Positions 1-9,117 of a DNA stretch of 64,000 nucleotides are shown here, one piece after another. Every line of letters starts with the position of its first letter. The stretch's first letter is position 1. A program made the position numbers and the translations under genes. Origin of the DNA: Candidatus Altiarchaeales archaeon (GTDB taxonomy: Archaea > Altiarchaeota > Altiarchaeia > IMC4 > SCGC-AAA252-I15); assembly GCA_014727915.1 (NCBI GenBank), contig WJMO01000004.1, positions 1-64,000 of the forward strand, in the 5' to 3' direction. A model generated the notes under the pieces. It had not been told where the DNA came from. It saw only the letters and a list, made by a program, of their open reading frames with translations, and did not search any database.

Positions 1-162
1 GATCAGGGTGGCGCACACCATCAACGCCATCAGGCAGAAGCTGAACACGAGGAACATGCTCTTGTAGTAGTCCCAGTACACGCGGGTACGCTCCAGGTTC
101 ACCTTGAAAATCCGCGCCCTCCCATCCGAGTCCGGAATCACGATATGCTCACTGCCCTGCAT
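1..162 (-). CDS. Partial hypothetical membrane protein (runs off window start)
   Basis: Manual translation from ATG at 162: MQGSEHIVIPDSDGRARIFKVNLERTRVYWDYYKSMFLVFSFCLMALMVCATLI..., open to position 1; AT-rich stretch upstream. Confidence 0.6.
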   Translation of the reverse strand, partial: MQGSEHIVIPDSDGRARIFKVNLERTRVYWDYYKSMFLVFSFCLMALMVCATLI

Positions 163-208
163 GCTCTCCACGTTATACTATTAAAAAAGAGGATATTTAA
201 CTGTTTTT

Positions 209-2233
209 CTAGTAGATGACTCCTCGGATACTCCCCTCATCGCTTTGTTGTGTTGGTTCATTGGCTCCTATCTGGTATTCATAGTCTATGGTGATGTGGG
301 CCTCGTATCTGTCTCCCTGTTCTCCGTCTGTGCATCCATAGCCTTTAACGAGGAAATTCTCCCCTGCCGAAAAGCTGCCGCCCTCCAGGACTCCGTCGCA
401 GAGCATCCCGCTGTCGGTCTCTATCAATACCCTCTTGACGTTGATGGTCGCTCCGGCTCCGTTGGTGAAGATACCGTAGAACTCCCCGTCTGATGTCATC
501 TCTGTTGCTGCCAGTTGAGGTTTGATCTTTACGAATCCAGTTGCGTATGAACCCCAAGCAGTTGTTTTCACAGGCGGGTAGACTTCCATAATGGTCAGTG
601 ATGTGGCAGCCAATGTGATTATGAAGGTGACCGAGAAAACTGTCGCGTATGTTGCGGGCCGCCATCGTGCTAGGAGCTTGGCTATCCCGCCAAGGAACAT
701 GAATGGTAGCACTGTTATCGGGATTATGTAGAGGATGTTAACGAACTGGCTCATGTTTCGGAGGAGGTTTGACCCCGTTAACCTGCTCAACGTGTAGAGT
801 GTTGAGGATGACAGCATGATGAGCATAACACCTCCAAAGAAGGCGGCAGGTATCAGAGCCGCCTTCCTCCTGACCTTCCTGTAGAATAATATCGAGGCAA
901 CAACGATCAGGACGTTGGCGAGGTTCCATACCATATAGGCTTTCACTGCCGTGAAGATTATCCCAAAGAAGTTATTACCGTAGTAGCTTTGTATTCGGAG
1001 CAGGTAGCTGACACGGTCCACCAGGTATAATGTTCCAAGCAGCGCCGGCACGGAGATGACCGGCACGACGGCGAGCATGGCACCTAACAGTCTGTCCCTC
1101 TTCTCTTTGGAATCGTCCAAGTGCTTGTTTGTCGCGTACACCACCCCCACGATGCTCAGCAGGTTGAACATTCCGATCTTAACGTAGGTTAAGGGATTGC
1201 GCATTCTGTCAACTACTAATCCCGCGAATAGCGCTGCTGTCACAGAGCAGAACAGGTATAGTATTAGGAGTGTCAGGTACTGGTTACTGCTGAGCAGGTA
1301 GGCTGGGTACATCTTCAAGGGCGCGCCCTTGCTGAACCACAAGTCCTCTTTGAAGCTGTTGGCTTTGGCATTCACTGTCACCTTCGTGTATCTCATCCCG
1401 TCCTCGTTCACATAGTATTTTGACTTTGAACTGCCTGATATGCCATCGTATAGTCTTGGGGTCATGAAGCCTTTGAGGTACAACCTTATGGGTACCGTCT
1501 CTTCCCCGTAGACGGAGGTGAGCTTCAGCGGATAGTATGGTTTTTCGACAGGGAATCTCGCTTTCAGCGATAGTGTGTCAGACCCTGATCGCTTGTATAC
1601 TCCCACATTGGATATCCAGGATACGACGAACGAGTACCTTTGTCCGATGTATTCCTGGACTGCTGGCCGGTCCGAGTCCGGCAGCGAAACACCCTTTCCC
1701 TTGAGGTAGCCGTCCAGGGCCTGCCAGCTTTCAGCCTCTAGGACCTCAACAGTAAGCCCTTTCTTCTCAAGGCGTGTTTCAATATTTATCCCTGCGTCTG
1801 TTCCACCTGCGCTGGATGATCTGCCTCCTCCTCCCATGTTGAACACACCCAGGTGCCAGAGTAACAGTGGACTTCCAAAGAGCGGGTAGCCTTGGGTTAA
1901 TGTCAGGTAGGGCCATTTGCTCACTATGGAGCCGGTCCGGCTTTCGACGTCGTATCCCCTGAACTTCGGGAAACCCTCTAAGATGTCGACTTCAACCTCG
2001 CTTGCCTGCGCTGGTAGGGGGAGTATCCAAAACGCTTCTTCACCGTCGAGATCGCACGCAACAGCTATGCGTAGCTCTTCCACTCCGCGTTCATGTTCTA
2101 TGTAACCGTATTGTATGTCCTCGCTGATGCGTGAAAGTCTATCTGTGTCATACGTGTATCTGACGTAGGCTCCCCCATCGGCGGTGACAGAGGATATGAG
2201 AAATAGGACAACAGCCAATGCAGCCCACTTCAT
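209..2233 (-). CDS. Secreted/membrane protein: DUF2330-like N-terminal domain, multi-TM middle, C-terminal pilin-like beta domain
   Basis: Signal peptide; FWILPLP and YYPLKLTS motifs typical of DUF2330; about 7-8 hydrophobic segments; C-terminal GFVKIKPQ...GC...GD.Y domain. Confidence 0.65.
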   Translation of the reverse strand: MKWAALAVVLFLISSVTADGGAYVRYTYDTDRLSRISEDIQYGYIEHERGVEELRIAVACDLDGEEAFWILPLPAQASEVEVDILEGFPKFRGYDVESRTGSIVSKWPYLTLTQGYPLFGSPLLLWHLGVFNMGGGGRSSSAGGTDAGINIETRLEKKGLTVEVLEAESWQALDGYLKGKGVSLPDSDRPAVQEYIGQRYSFVVSWISNVGVYKRSGSDTLSLKARFPVEKPYYPLKLTSVYGEETVPIRLYLKGFMTPRLYDGISGSSKSKYYVNEDGMRYTKVTVNAKANSFKEDLWFSKGAPLKMYPAYLLSSNQYLTLLILYLFCSVTAALFAGLVVDRMRNPLTYVKIGMFNLLSIVGVVYATNKHLDDSKEKRDRLLGAMLAVVPVISVPALLGTLYLVDRVSYLLRIQSYYGNNFFGIIFTAVKAYMVWNLANVLIVVASILFYRKVRRKAALIPAAFFGGVMLIMLSSSTLYTLSRLTGSNLLRNMSQFVNILYIIPITVLPFMFLGGIAKLLARWRPATYATVFSVTFIITLAATSLTIMEVYPPVKTTAWGSYATGFVKIKPQLAATEMTSDGEFYGIFTNGAGATINVKRVLIETDSGMLCDGVLEGGSFSAGENFLVKGYGCTDGEQGDRYEAHITIDYEYQIGANEPTQQSDEGSIRGVIY

Positions 2234-2239
2234 AACAAT

Positions 2240-3235
2240 CTATTTTCTTTTTCTCTTTTTAACTTTGGGTTTTCGCCTGGCGTGCTGTCTATAATATTGT
2301 AGTGGGTGTTTGACGGGGCAGTCGGCCTTGCATAGCCCGTAGCTTTTTATGGTTGCGCAGGTGGGGCAGGTGTATTCGGTGCCTCCTTTTTCGCCTGTGA
2401 CGAACTCCAGCTGGTAGGCTGCTTTTTCCTCGTCGTATTTGGGGCTTCGGGCGAAGACGCCGAGTATGTCCTCCTTCTTCAGTCCCAGGTTGTTGAGAAA
2501 GGTTGCGAGTATGAACATTCCCTGGTGGGATGCCACTCCGTTTTCCATCGCGGATATCATCCCTTTCATGCAGGGTGGCAGGGCGTTGTCTTCGAGGTAT
2601 TCTATCTCGAACCTCTCCGTCGACCCGCTCAATACAGACTTAAGGTTCTTGGCCACTTTCTTGACGTCCTCTGGTATCCTGTTCAGGTCCGGTGATTCCA
2701 TCACCCGGTATTTTATGGCCTCCCTCAGAAGGGCTCTCATGTCGCCTTCCCCGACCTCCACCTTCCCATGGTCGACGACCCGGTTGACGAGCTTCCACTT
2801 GGGGTTGGACCTTGAGAGTCCCGCGGCGTATTTAGTGTATTCTATAAGGGGCATCATCCCCTCACCCCTCTTCAAATCGAGGTCCTCGGATATCTCCCCT
2901 ACGACCTTGCCGTCCTCGTTCTTCAGCAGCTTGTAGGATGCTTCCGCCTCCCCTGCCGCGTACTTCAACGCGGCAGCCTTCCCTATGCTGTGGGCGAGCA
3001 TCCTCGCCACAGGATAGCTCAGTATGGTCAGCTCCGACGTCAGGCGGTCCCCAGTCTCCGGCTTGAAACTTTTGTCTATGCAGTCTATGACCCTCTTACG
3101 TCCCATGTCAAGGGAGGCGGAGTAGATGGGGTGTTTGACTATGTCCTCGAATGAGAGGTTCAGGGAGCCCACGTATTCCCTGCTCCGAGTGAGGAAAGGG
3201 TATTTCGCTAGAACTTCAAGTTCTTCGGCTTCCAT
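2240..3235 (-). CDS. priL: DNA primase large subunit
   Basis: AKYPFL N-terminus, WKLVNR.V..G.V, LPPC, Y.CP.C.TIKSYGLC...C Fe-S cysteines, HPLQYY. Confidence 0.95.
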   Translation of the reverse strand: MEAEELEVLAKYPFLTRSREYVGSLNLSFEDIVKHPIYSASLDMGRKRVIDCIDKSFKPETGDRLTSELTILSYPVARMLAHSIGKAAALKYAAGEAEASYKLLKNEDGKVVGEISEDLDLKRGEGMMPLIEYTKYAAGLSRSNPKWKLVNRVVDHGKVEVGEGDMRALLREAIKYRVMESPDLNRIPEDVKKVAKNLKSVLSGSTERFEIEYLEDNALPPCMKGMISAMENGVASHQGMFILATFLNNLGLKKEDILGVFARSPKYDEEKAAYQLEFVTGEKGGTEYTCPTCATIKSYGLCKADCPVKHPLQYYRQHARRKPKVKKRKRK

Positions 3236-3239
3236 GGTC

Positions 3240-4157
3240 CTATACTGGTAGGTTGGCTTTGATTATAAGCATGAGATTCCGGCCCAACCCCATGACCCTC
3301 TTCGCCAGCATGTACATCCCGTTACCCAGGCGTTTGAACGTGGGGGTCGGCTCCTTGTCGTCTGGGCGTATCTCAGCGGGCAGCATGGCCGGATGCTCCA
3401 GCACGGGGTCGTCCTCGAGAATCTCCGACGGGTATGCTGCCTTCTGCTCGTCAGTTACTATTACGTGGGATGTGAAGCTTGCCTCGTAGACGTCGCTCCA
3501 AACGTAGCCGTCGTAGACTTGCATGGTGGCCTTGTGATTCCCTGGCTGTTCCATCTTGAACCTCACCGCCGACCCGTTGAATTCGCTGTCGAAGATGGGG
3601 GCGTCGTTCATGTTCTTCGTTATGTCTGTGATGTTAAGCCTTGACTTCACAATCTTCCTCTTCTTCCAGTCCGCCGTCGCTATGAAGTAGCGGACGCTGT
3701 GACCCACCTTCAGGTTTCCTATCTCCAGCATCTTCACCACCGGACGCCAGTGGCTCAGGTATTCTAATTTCACCTTGAAGGAGGAGTCGGTGTCGCTGCC
3801 GTAGCTTATGTTGTTGCACCCGAGCTTCAACGTGTCCACCCTCTTCCTCACCCCCACATCCGAGACGGTCATGTTGAACAGGTGGGTGACACCGTTCACT
3901 GTGACGTAAGGGTTGATGGTCGCTTCATCCCCGCTGTTTATGATCGTTATGGACTGGTTTGTGGGGTGCACCTCCCCCTCGACGCATATGACCTCCTCCC
4001 CGTCCACCCCAGGGTATTTTACTAGCGTGTACCCGGTGGTCGAGTAGCTCGCTATGGACAGTGTTATGAATATTATGAACAGGGTCACCAGCACAAGGTA
4101 TTTGATGGTGTTTCCGTAGATGGTGTCCGGGAGTGTTGAAGCCATGCTCATTATCAT
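3240..4157 (-). CDS. Hypothetical membrane-anchored protein, possibly with an Ig/PKD-like beta domain
   Basis: N-terminal TM helix; beta-rich body with PGNHKATMQVYDG..WSD; co-oriented with priL. Confidence 0.6.
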   Translation of the reverse strand: MIMSMASTLPDTIYGNTIKYLVLVTLFIIFITLSIASYSTTGYTLVKYPGVDGEEVICVEGEVHPTNQSITIINSGDEATINPYVTVNGVTHLFNMTVSDVGVRKRVDTLKLGCNNISYGSDTDSSFKVKLEYLSHWRPVVKMLEIGNLKVGHSVRYFIATADWKKRKIVKSRLNITDITKNMNDAPIFDSEFNGSAVRFKMEQPGNHKATMQVYDGYVWSDVYEASFTSHVIVTDEQKAAYPSEILEDDPVLEHPAMLPAEIRPDDKEPTPTFKRLGNGMYMLAKRVMGLGRNLMLIIKANLPV

Positions 4158-4201
4158 TTTTCGGGTTTGTTCTTTTTATTTGCATGTTCGAATCAGATAC
4201 T

Positions 4202-4417
4202 ATGACACGGTATACGCGACCCCATGTCGGGCACCTGGCGGGCGTCGTATACAGAGCCCTCGAGCGTGACCAGCCCCTTTCCGTGCTGGACCTCTCCTTA
4301 AAGACCGGGTTGTGGCCGTGGGATGTTCTGTTGGCGTTGGGTTGGCTAAGCTGCGAGGACAAGGTCAAGTTCCGCCGGAACCTTGCTGCTCTGATGGTCG
4401 AGATCAAAAGGCGCTGA
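4202..4417 (+). CDS. Small winged helix-turn-helix protein (DUF2582-like)
   Basis: VG..AG.VY..L...LS...L...TGL....V.LALGWLS.EDKV pattern; start 4202 or 4184. Confidence 0.75.
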   Translation: MTRYTRPHVGHLAGVVYRALERDQPLSVLDLSLKTGLWPWDVLLALGWLSCEDKVKFRRNLAALMVEIKRR

Positions 4418-4461
4418 ACTCCCTCCCTTATTTACGGCCTCCGGTTTAATAGTATGGTGAA

Positions 4462-4872
4462 ATGTCAGAGTCCAGGTGTGCCGCGCTTCTGAAGGTTTTG
4501 GAGGCGCTTCTTCGGGGGGAGAAGGTTAGAGTCGACGAGCTGACATCAGCATATGGCGTGTCGGACCCCGGCCAGCTTGTTTCTCTCCTGTCCGAACTTG
4601 GTTTGTCAGACGTCGATGGTGGCGTTATAGCGGCGGGGGATGCCATTGGCTCGCCTATTCCGTTGGACCGGATGGAGTTGGTCGAGGAGTATGTCCTAGG
4701 CGTTGAAGGTGCCGGTGAATATCGGCGCCTAACCAATATCCTATTCTACGGTTCCGCTTCGTCTGGGGATGATATGGTCGGCGGGGGTGTTGCTCCTGAG
4801 AAGAGCCCTGAGGAGCTTCGTAAATACGTTAAGGATTTCATCGGGGCAGACGAGGTTGAGGAGGACAGGTGA
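4462..4872 (+). CDS. Hypothetical protein
   Basis: 136-aa acidic ORF whose stop overlaps the next start. Confidence 0.6.
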   Translation: MSESRCAALLKVLEALLRGEKVRVDELTSAYGVSDPGQLVSLLSELGLSDVDGGVIAAGDAIGSPIPLDRMELVEEYVLGVEGAGEYRRLTNILFYGSASSGDDMVGGGVAPEKSPEELRKYVKDFIGADEVEEDR

Positions 4873-6500
4873 TGAGATCCTTCCTGTTAGTCGCATCTCT
4901 AATCCTGTTCTCTGCCTGCATAGAAACCGGTTGTCTGAGCTGCGATGACGGCAACCCATGCACCCACGATTCATGTTCGGAAAACGAATGCGTTCACAGG
5001 AGCCTTTCCGGTCCAGTGGAGGGCTGTTCCGGCTCCGGAGGCTGTGTTGAATACACTTGTTCCGCTGGTTCGTGCATACTCCAGAAGACGGTGGACTGCT
5101 GCGGCAACGGCGTCTGTGACGGGGGCGAGTCACATGAGACCTGCCCCATGGACTGTGGCATGTCCTGTTTTGACGGCGTCCGCAACCAGGGGGAGGACCA
5201 GGTAGACTGCGGAGGCCCCTGCGACTCATGCGAGGACCCTGAAATGAACTACCTGAAGAAGCTGAGCTCCCTACGGGATATCTGGCGTTCGTCTACGGGA
5301 AATTACACGGTCGCAGTCCGCGCGTTCAACGAGGATCGTGACATGAAGAGGATAAAATCCGCTTCTTTGAAGAGTTACAGCGAGGCGGATCAGGTGAGGG
5401 CTAAGCTCGCCCGGGTGGAGCCCGCACCAGACTTGGATGAGTTGGACCGGCTGTTCAACGAGACTCTGGCCCTCTACATGCTTTCCCTGCGTAGCATGAT
5501 ATACTACGCGGACACTTCCAGGGACAGCCACAGGGTCGATGCTAACAGGATATTGGCCGACGCCCTCGACAGGGACCGTCAGTTCGTGGCATTATACAAC
5601 GACGCGGTGGACAGGTATAACCTGATTAGCATCAACTGCCTTAACCATGAGTTGGACGGGGGAGAGGAGGGTGTTGACTGCGGGAGCATATGCAGGCGGC
5701 CCTGCACGGAAGTCTACAATGTTACGAAGTACATCGTGGTAAGGAGCGAGGGAAGCCCTTCCAACCTGGTGTTGAACGTCAGCGCACCCGCCGTGGAATA
5801 TCCCCCCTACCAGAGGGTCTTGGGTTCATACCAGCATCCCAGCCCAGCCCGTACCGAAGTAGACGATGAGGGTAATCGCCGTTACGTCTACGACATGGAT
5901 TTGTCGGCATATGGCGTGGAGGAGTTGTGGCTGACTGAGACTGTGGAGCTGACCCGCGCCCCGCGGCCTGTCAGGTCTGATGCGAAGTATTTCAACTCCG
6001 TCTACCTTCTCGGCGATGATTTCAGCGAGACCACAGATGACATATGCTTCCGCGCCAGGATGCTGAAGGGCAACCTCTCCGACACCCATGACGTCGTTGA
6101 CCGGTTCCTCTCGTGGATTATAGAGAACGTAAACTACGAGCTCAATGACGAGGAGCTGGGTGCCCAGTACTGTTACGTCCACCGCCGGGGAGCATGCGAC
6201 GAGCACGCGGACCTGTTCGTGTCCATGTCAAGGTGCGTGGGAATACCAGCCCGGAGAGTCACCGGATCCCTTGTTAACGCTAGCCAGCTGCGCGGCCACG
6301 CATGGGCGGAATACTACGACGGCGGCTGGTATTACATCGACCCCAGCATCAAGAAGCATAAACAAGCCTACATCCTAGACAACAAGCACATCGCAACATG
6401 CATCGGCGAGGGGATTAGCTCATGCGGTATAGGATACACGTACACTTACACTAGCAAAAAACCCAATGTCAGGATAGACGAGAGACTCTACCTCAGCTGA
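4869..6500 (+). CDS. Cys-rich secreted/lipoprotein with C-terminal transglutaminase-like domain
   Basis: Lipobox-like SACIE; CDDGNPCT.DSC, CGNGVC and DCGG.C repeats; triad motifs GACDEHA, GHAWAE, YIDPS. Confidence 0.85.
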   Translation: MMRSFLLVASLILFSACIETGCLSCDDGNPCTHDSCSENECVHRSLSGPVEGCSGSGGCVEYTCSAGSCILQKTVDCCGNGVCDGGESHETCPMDCGMSCFDGVRNQGEDQVDCGGPCDSCEDPEMNYLKKLSSLRDIWRSSTGNYTVAVRAFNEDRDMKRIKSASLKSYSEADQVRAKLARVEPAPDLDELDRLFNETLALYMLSLRSMIYYADTSRDSHRVDANRILADALDRDRQFVALYNDAVDRYNLISINCLNHELDGGEEGVDCGSICRRPCTEVYNVTKYIVVRSEGSPSNLVLNVSAPAVEYPPYQRVLGSYQHPSPARTEVDDEGNRRYVYDMDLSAYGVEELWLTETVELTRAPRPVRSDAKYFNSVYLLGDDFSETTDDICFRARMLKGNLSDTHDVVDRFLSWIIENVNYELNDEELGAQYCYVHRRGACDEHADLFVSMSRCVGIPARRVTGSLVNASQLRGHAWAEYYDGGWYYIDPSIKKHKQAYILDNKHIATCIGEGISSCGIGYTYTYTSKKPNVRIDERLYLS

Positions 6501-6502
6501 TC

Positions 6503-6700
6503 CACAATTTCATCCGGTCTACTAGGTAGTATGTGATGTCTGACTCTTCATCGACGATGGCATAGATCATGTCGTCGCAGTTTCGCGACGGGAAATGTGC
6601 GTTTCGGGCGTTCCGCCCTCAAGCGCACTCACAATTTCATCCGGTCTACTAGGTAGTATGTGATGTCTGACTCTTCATCGACGATGGCATAGATCATGTC
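6503..6700. repeat. Perfect 71-bp direct repeat (6503-6573 and 6630-6700) of the endA 3' end, separated by a 56-bp hairpin-rich filler
   Basis: cacaatttcatccggtctact...catagatcatgtc read twice; filler has stems gtcgc/gcgac, gtgcg/cgcac and gggcg/cgccc. Confidence 0.95.
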
Positions 6701-7141
6701 CTTGTTGACGGTCTTCGCTAGCCTTAGTGCCCTGGCCATGTCGGGGAAGCTGCACGTGTACTCCTCAGGGACCACGTGCACCAAGTATTTGCTGTGTCCT
6801 TTCCCCAGTTTTATCCCTCGGTCGTATAGTCGGAAGTCCGTGCCGAACTTCAAACCGCTCCGCACCAGCATTCCACGCTCTCTGAGGTCTTTGTAGACGA
6901 GGTATTTGTTGTAGAACTCCTTCTCCTTCCTGCTGCCCTCCTTCACCAAGTCTTCGAACTCGAGGGCTTTCTTCCCCTTGAAGACCTCGAGCTTCCCCGT
7001 GTCCGCGAGGTAGACTGCTTCGATCAGCGAGAGCGCCAAGGCCTTTCCCTCGGATTCGCCGAATCCCCGGTCCTTCAGCTGGCTCTTCAAATCCGAGTCC
7101 CCCACCAGCACCTTCGTCCCGGACAGTATGCCAGCACACAT
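6629..7141 (-). CDS. endA: tRNA-intron (splicing) endonuclease, single catalytic unit
   Basis: LSLIEA.YL, VYKDLRERG..V.SGLKFGTDFRLY, GHS, K and AIVDEE.DITYY motifs; about 170 aa. Confidence 0.95.
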   Translation of the reverse strand: MCAGILSGTKVLVGDSDLKSQLKDRGFGESEGKALALSLIEAVYLADTGKLEVFKGKKALEFEDLVKEGSRKEKEFYNKYLVYKDLRERGMLVRSGLKFGTDFRLYDRGIKLGKGHSKYLVHVVPEEYTCSFPDMARALRLAKTVNKDMIYAIVDEESDITYYLVDRMKL

Positions 7142-7295
7142 AGTAGAATATATTACACCCCCCACTCTATTATAACCTAAATGCGCGGATGAATGAGGGA
7201 CCTAATATCCTAATATTCTGCGATGGGGGCGTCTTTCTCTGAGCTCCCGCTTAAATTCAGTGTAGTTGGGCTGCCGCCGCCCTCTTACACGCTCC

Positions 7296-8066
7296 TCAGA
7301 TATTTCCCCCGCCGCTTTCGATCAGGTCTTTTCTAACGAGCTTCCTGTTCACTTCATCCATGTTATGGAAGCCCGACCCTTCCCCGTACCGTTCCCGTAT
7401 GGAATGGTCTATCTGTGTCAGCAGGGTGGAGAACAGCGTTCCCGCCCGGCTTTGAGCCATGAAGTCCACCTTGTACAACTCCATGTTCGCAGGCTCATCC
7501 ATAAGAGGTCTTCTTGACTTCTCAAGACAGTATATGCCTGTTATGTTGTTGTCATCTCCCACGCACACGCCCCAGGCCGAACTCCAAAGGTTGCTTACGA
7601 CCGGCACGAACCTCATGCCATCGCTTACTCCCTTCTCGTCTATTATCGGGCTCACGTCACCATGTTCTTTCTGGACGTCTGCATCCCTCTCAACGGCGAG
7701 GTCGTACATCAGACTTCCCGCGGTCTCCTCGATGCTACCCGTCAGGTATCTTGCAGGGTTTCTGAGAAGCTGATGTACTGCTTCACCCCTGACCTTCAAC
7801 GATCCGATGAAGTTCTCTGGTTTGCATTTCATCCTCAATCCCATGACCTCTCCGCTGACCCCATCCGAGTCGAATAGGCCGGCGATTTCAGTGTAGTGGC
7901 GTTTGTCCCCCGCCTCATGGACGACCTTCCTCGGGTTTTCGGATCTTAAGAGTTTCTTCCTGTCCTCGTCTTCCATGCCGCCGACCTCCCCAGGGGGTAT
8001 GTTGTCCAATCCCAGATAGGTAACATGAAACGGTGGTTTCTCCCGCTTCTTCTTGGCTATAACCAT
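7296..8066 (-). CDS. Orphan hypothetical protein
   Basis: 256-aa ORF divergent from kae1; basic N-terminus; no recognised motif. Confidence 0.6.
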   Translation of the reverse strand: MVIAKKKREKPPFHVTYLGLDNIPPGEVGGMEDEDRKKLLRSENPRKVVHEAGDKRHYTEIAGLFDSDGVSGEVMGLRMKCKPENFIGSLKVRGEAVHQLLRNPARYLTGSIEETAGSLMYDLAVERDADVQKEHGDVSPIIDEKGVSDGMRFVPVVSNLWSSAWGVCVGDDNNITGIYCLEKSRRPLMDEPANMELYKVDFMAQSRAGTLFSTLLTQIDHSIRERYGEGSGFHNMDEVNRKLVRKDLIESGGGNI

Positions 8067-8106
8067 GTTATCCAGTTAAAAACTGGGAAGTCCTTCTTTT
8101 TATCCG

Positions 8107-9081
8107 ATGATAGTCCTGGGTTTGGAGGGTACGGCCCACACATTGGGTGTTGGGGTAATCGATGGTGATTTCAACGTCCTAGCCGATGTGAGGAACTCTT
8201 ACACACCAGAGGACGGGGGCATACACCCCCGGGACGCCTCTCAGCATATGAGTTCGGTGATGCGGGAATCCCTGGACCAGGCGTTAGATGAAGCTGCTAT
8301 AACCATATCGGATGTTGGCCTGGTGTCCTTCAGCCAGGGCCCAGGCTTGGGACCATGCCTCAGGACTGTGGCAACAGCAGCCAGGACGCTCGCCCTATAC
8401 AATAAGAAGCCTTTGTTGGGCGTCAACCACTGCATCGCCCACATCGAAGTCGGCAAAGTCCTCAGTGGATTCACAGACCCCCTGGTCCTCTATGTGTCGG
8501 GTGCGAACAGCCAGGTAATCAAACTCAGGGATGGGCGTTACAGGGTGTTCGGAGAGACCTTGGATGTTGGCTTGGGGAACATGCTGGATAAGTTCGGGCG
8601 GATGGTCGGCCTACAACATCCTGCAGGCCCGAAGATAGAGGAGCTCGCGCGGGAGGGCAGTGATTATATCGAACTACCCTATGTTGTTAAGGGGACCGAC
8701 ATGAGCTTCAGCGGCATATTGACCGCAGCCTATCAGAAGCACGAGTCCGGCGCAAGGCTGGAGGACATCTGCCACAGCCTTCAAGAAACTTCTTTTGCCA
8801 TGTTGTGCGAGGTGACCGAACGTGCGTTGGCCCACTTGAAGGCAGGGGAGGTGTTGCTCGCCGGCGGCGTCGGATACAACAAGCGACTTCAGCAGATGGC
8901 GAGTCTTGTTGCGGAAGAGCATGGCGCATCATTCGACTACCCGGGGAAGTTCATGGGAGACCAGGGTGTCATGATAGCGATGACCGCGTTGAAGATGCAC
9001 GACGCAGGTGTGACCATGACAGTTGAGGATTCGGTTGTGGATTCCAGCCAGCGGACCGACAGCATAGACGTTACCTGGTAG
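8107..9081 (+). CDS. kae1: tRNA N6-threonylcarbamoyltransferase Kae1 (stand-alone, no Bud32 fusion)
   Basis: LGLEGTAH, GGIHP, GPGLGPCL, VNHCIAH, GETLD, GGV..N, QRTD. Confidence 0.97.
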   Translation: MIVLGLEGTAHTLGVGVIDGDFNVLADVRNSYTPEDGGIHPRDASQHMSSVMRESLDQALDEAAITISDVGLVSFSQGPGLGPCLRTVATAARTLALYNKKPLLGVNHCIAHIEVGKVLSGFTDPLVLYVSGANSQVIKLRDGRYRVFGETLDVGLGNMLDKFGRMVGLQHPAGPKIEELAREGSDYIELPYVVKGTDMSFSGILTAAYQKHESGARLEDICHSLQETSFAMLCEVTERALAHLKAGEVLLAGGVGYNKRLQQMASLVAEEHGASFDYPGKFMGDQGVMIAMTALKMHDAGVTMTVEDSVVDSSQRTDSIDVTW

Positions 9082-9117
9082 ATGCGTGTTTATTCTTTTA
9101 CCTCCTATTTATATTTG

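Noticed and set aside
6574-6629. Hairpin after the endA TGA read as a SECIS, K-turn or BHB
   Set aside because: Geometry does not fit the consensus of any of these, and EndA ends at its expected C-terminus
7200-7315. Possible frameshift extension of the 7296-8066 ORF at a G5-AAAT run
   Set aside because: The -1 frame stops within a few codons, and the +1 frame adds about 35 aa with no supporting homology; cannot be distinguished from chance or a sequencing error
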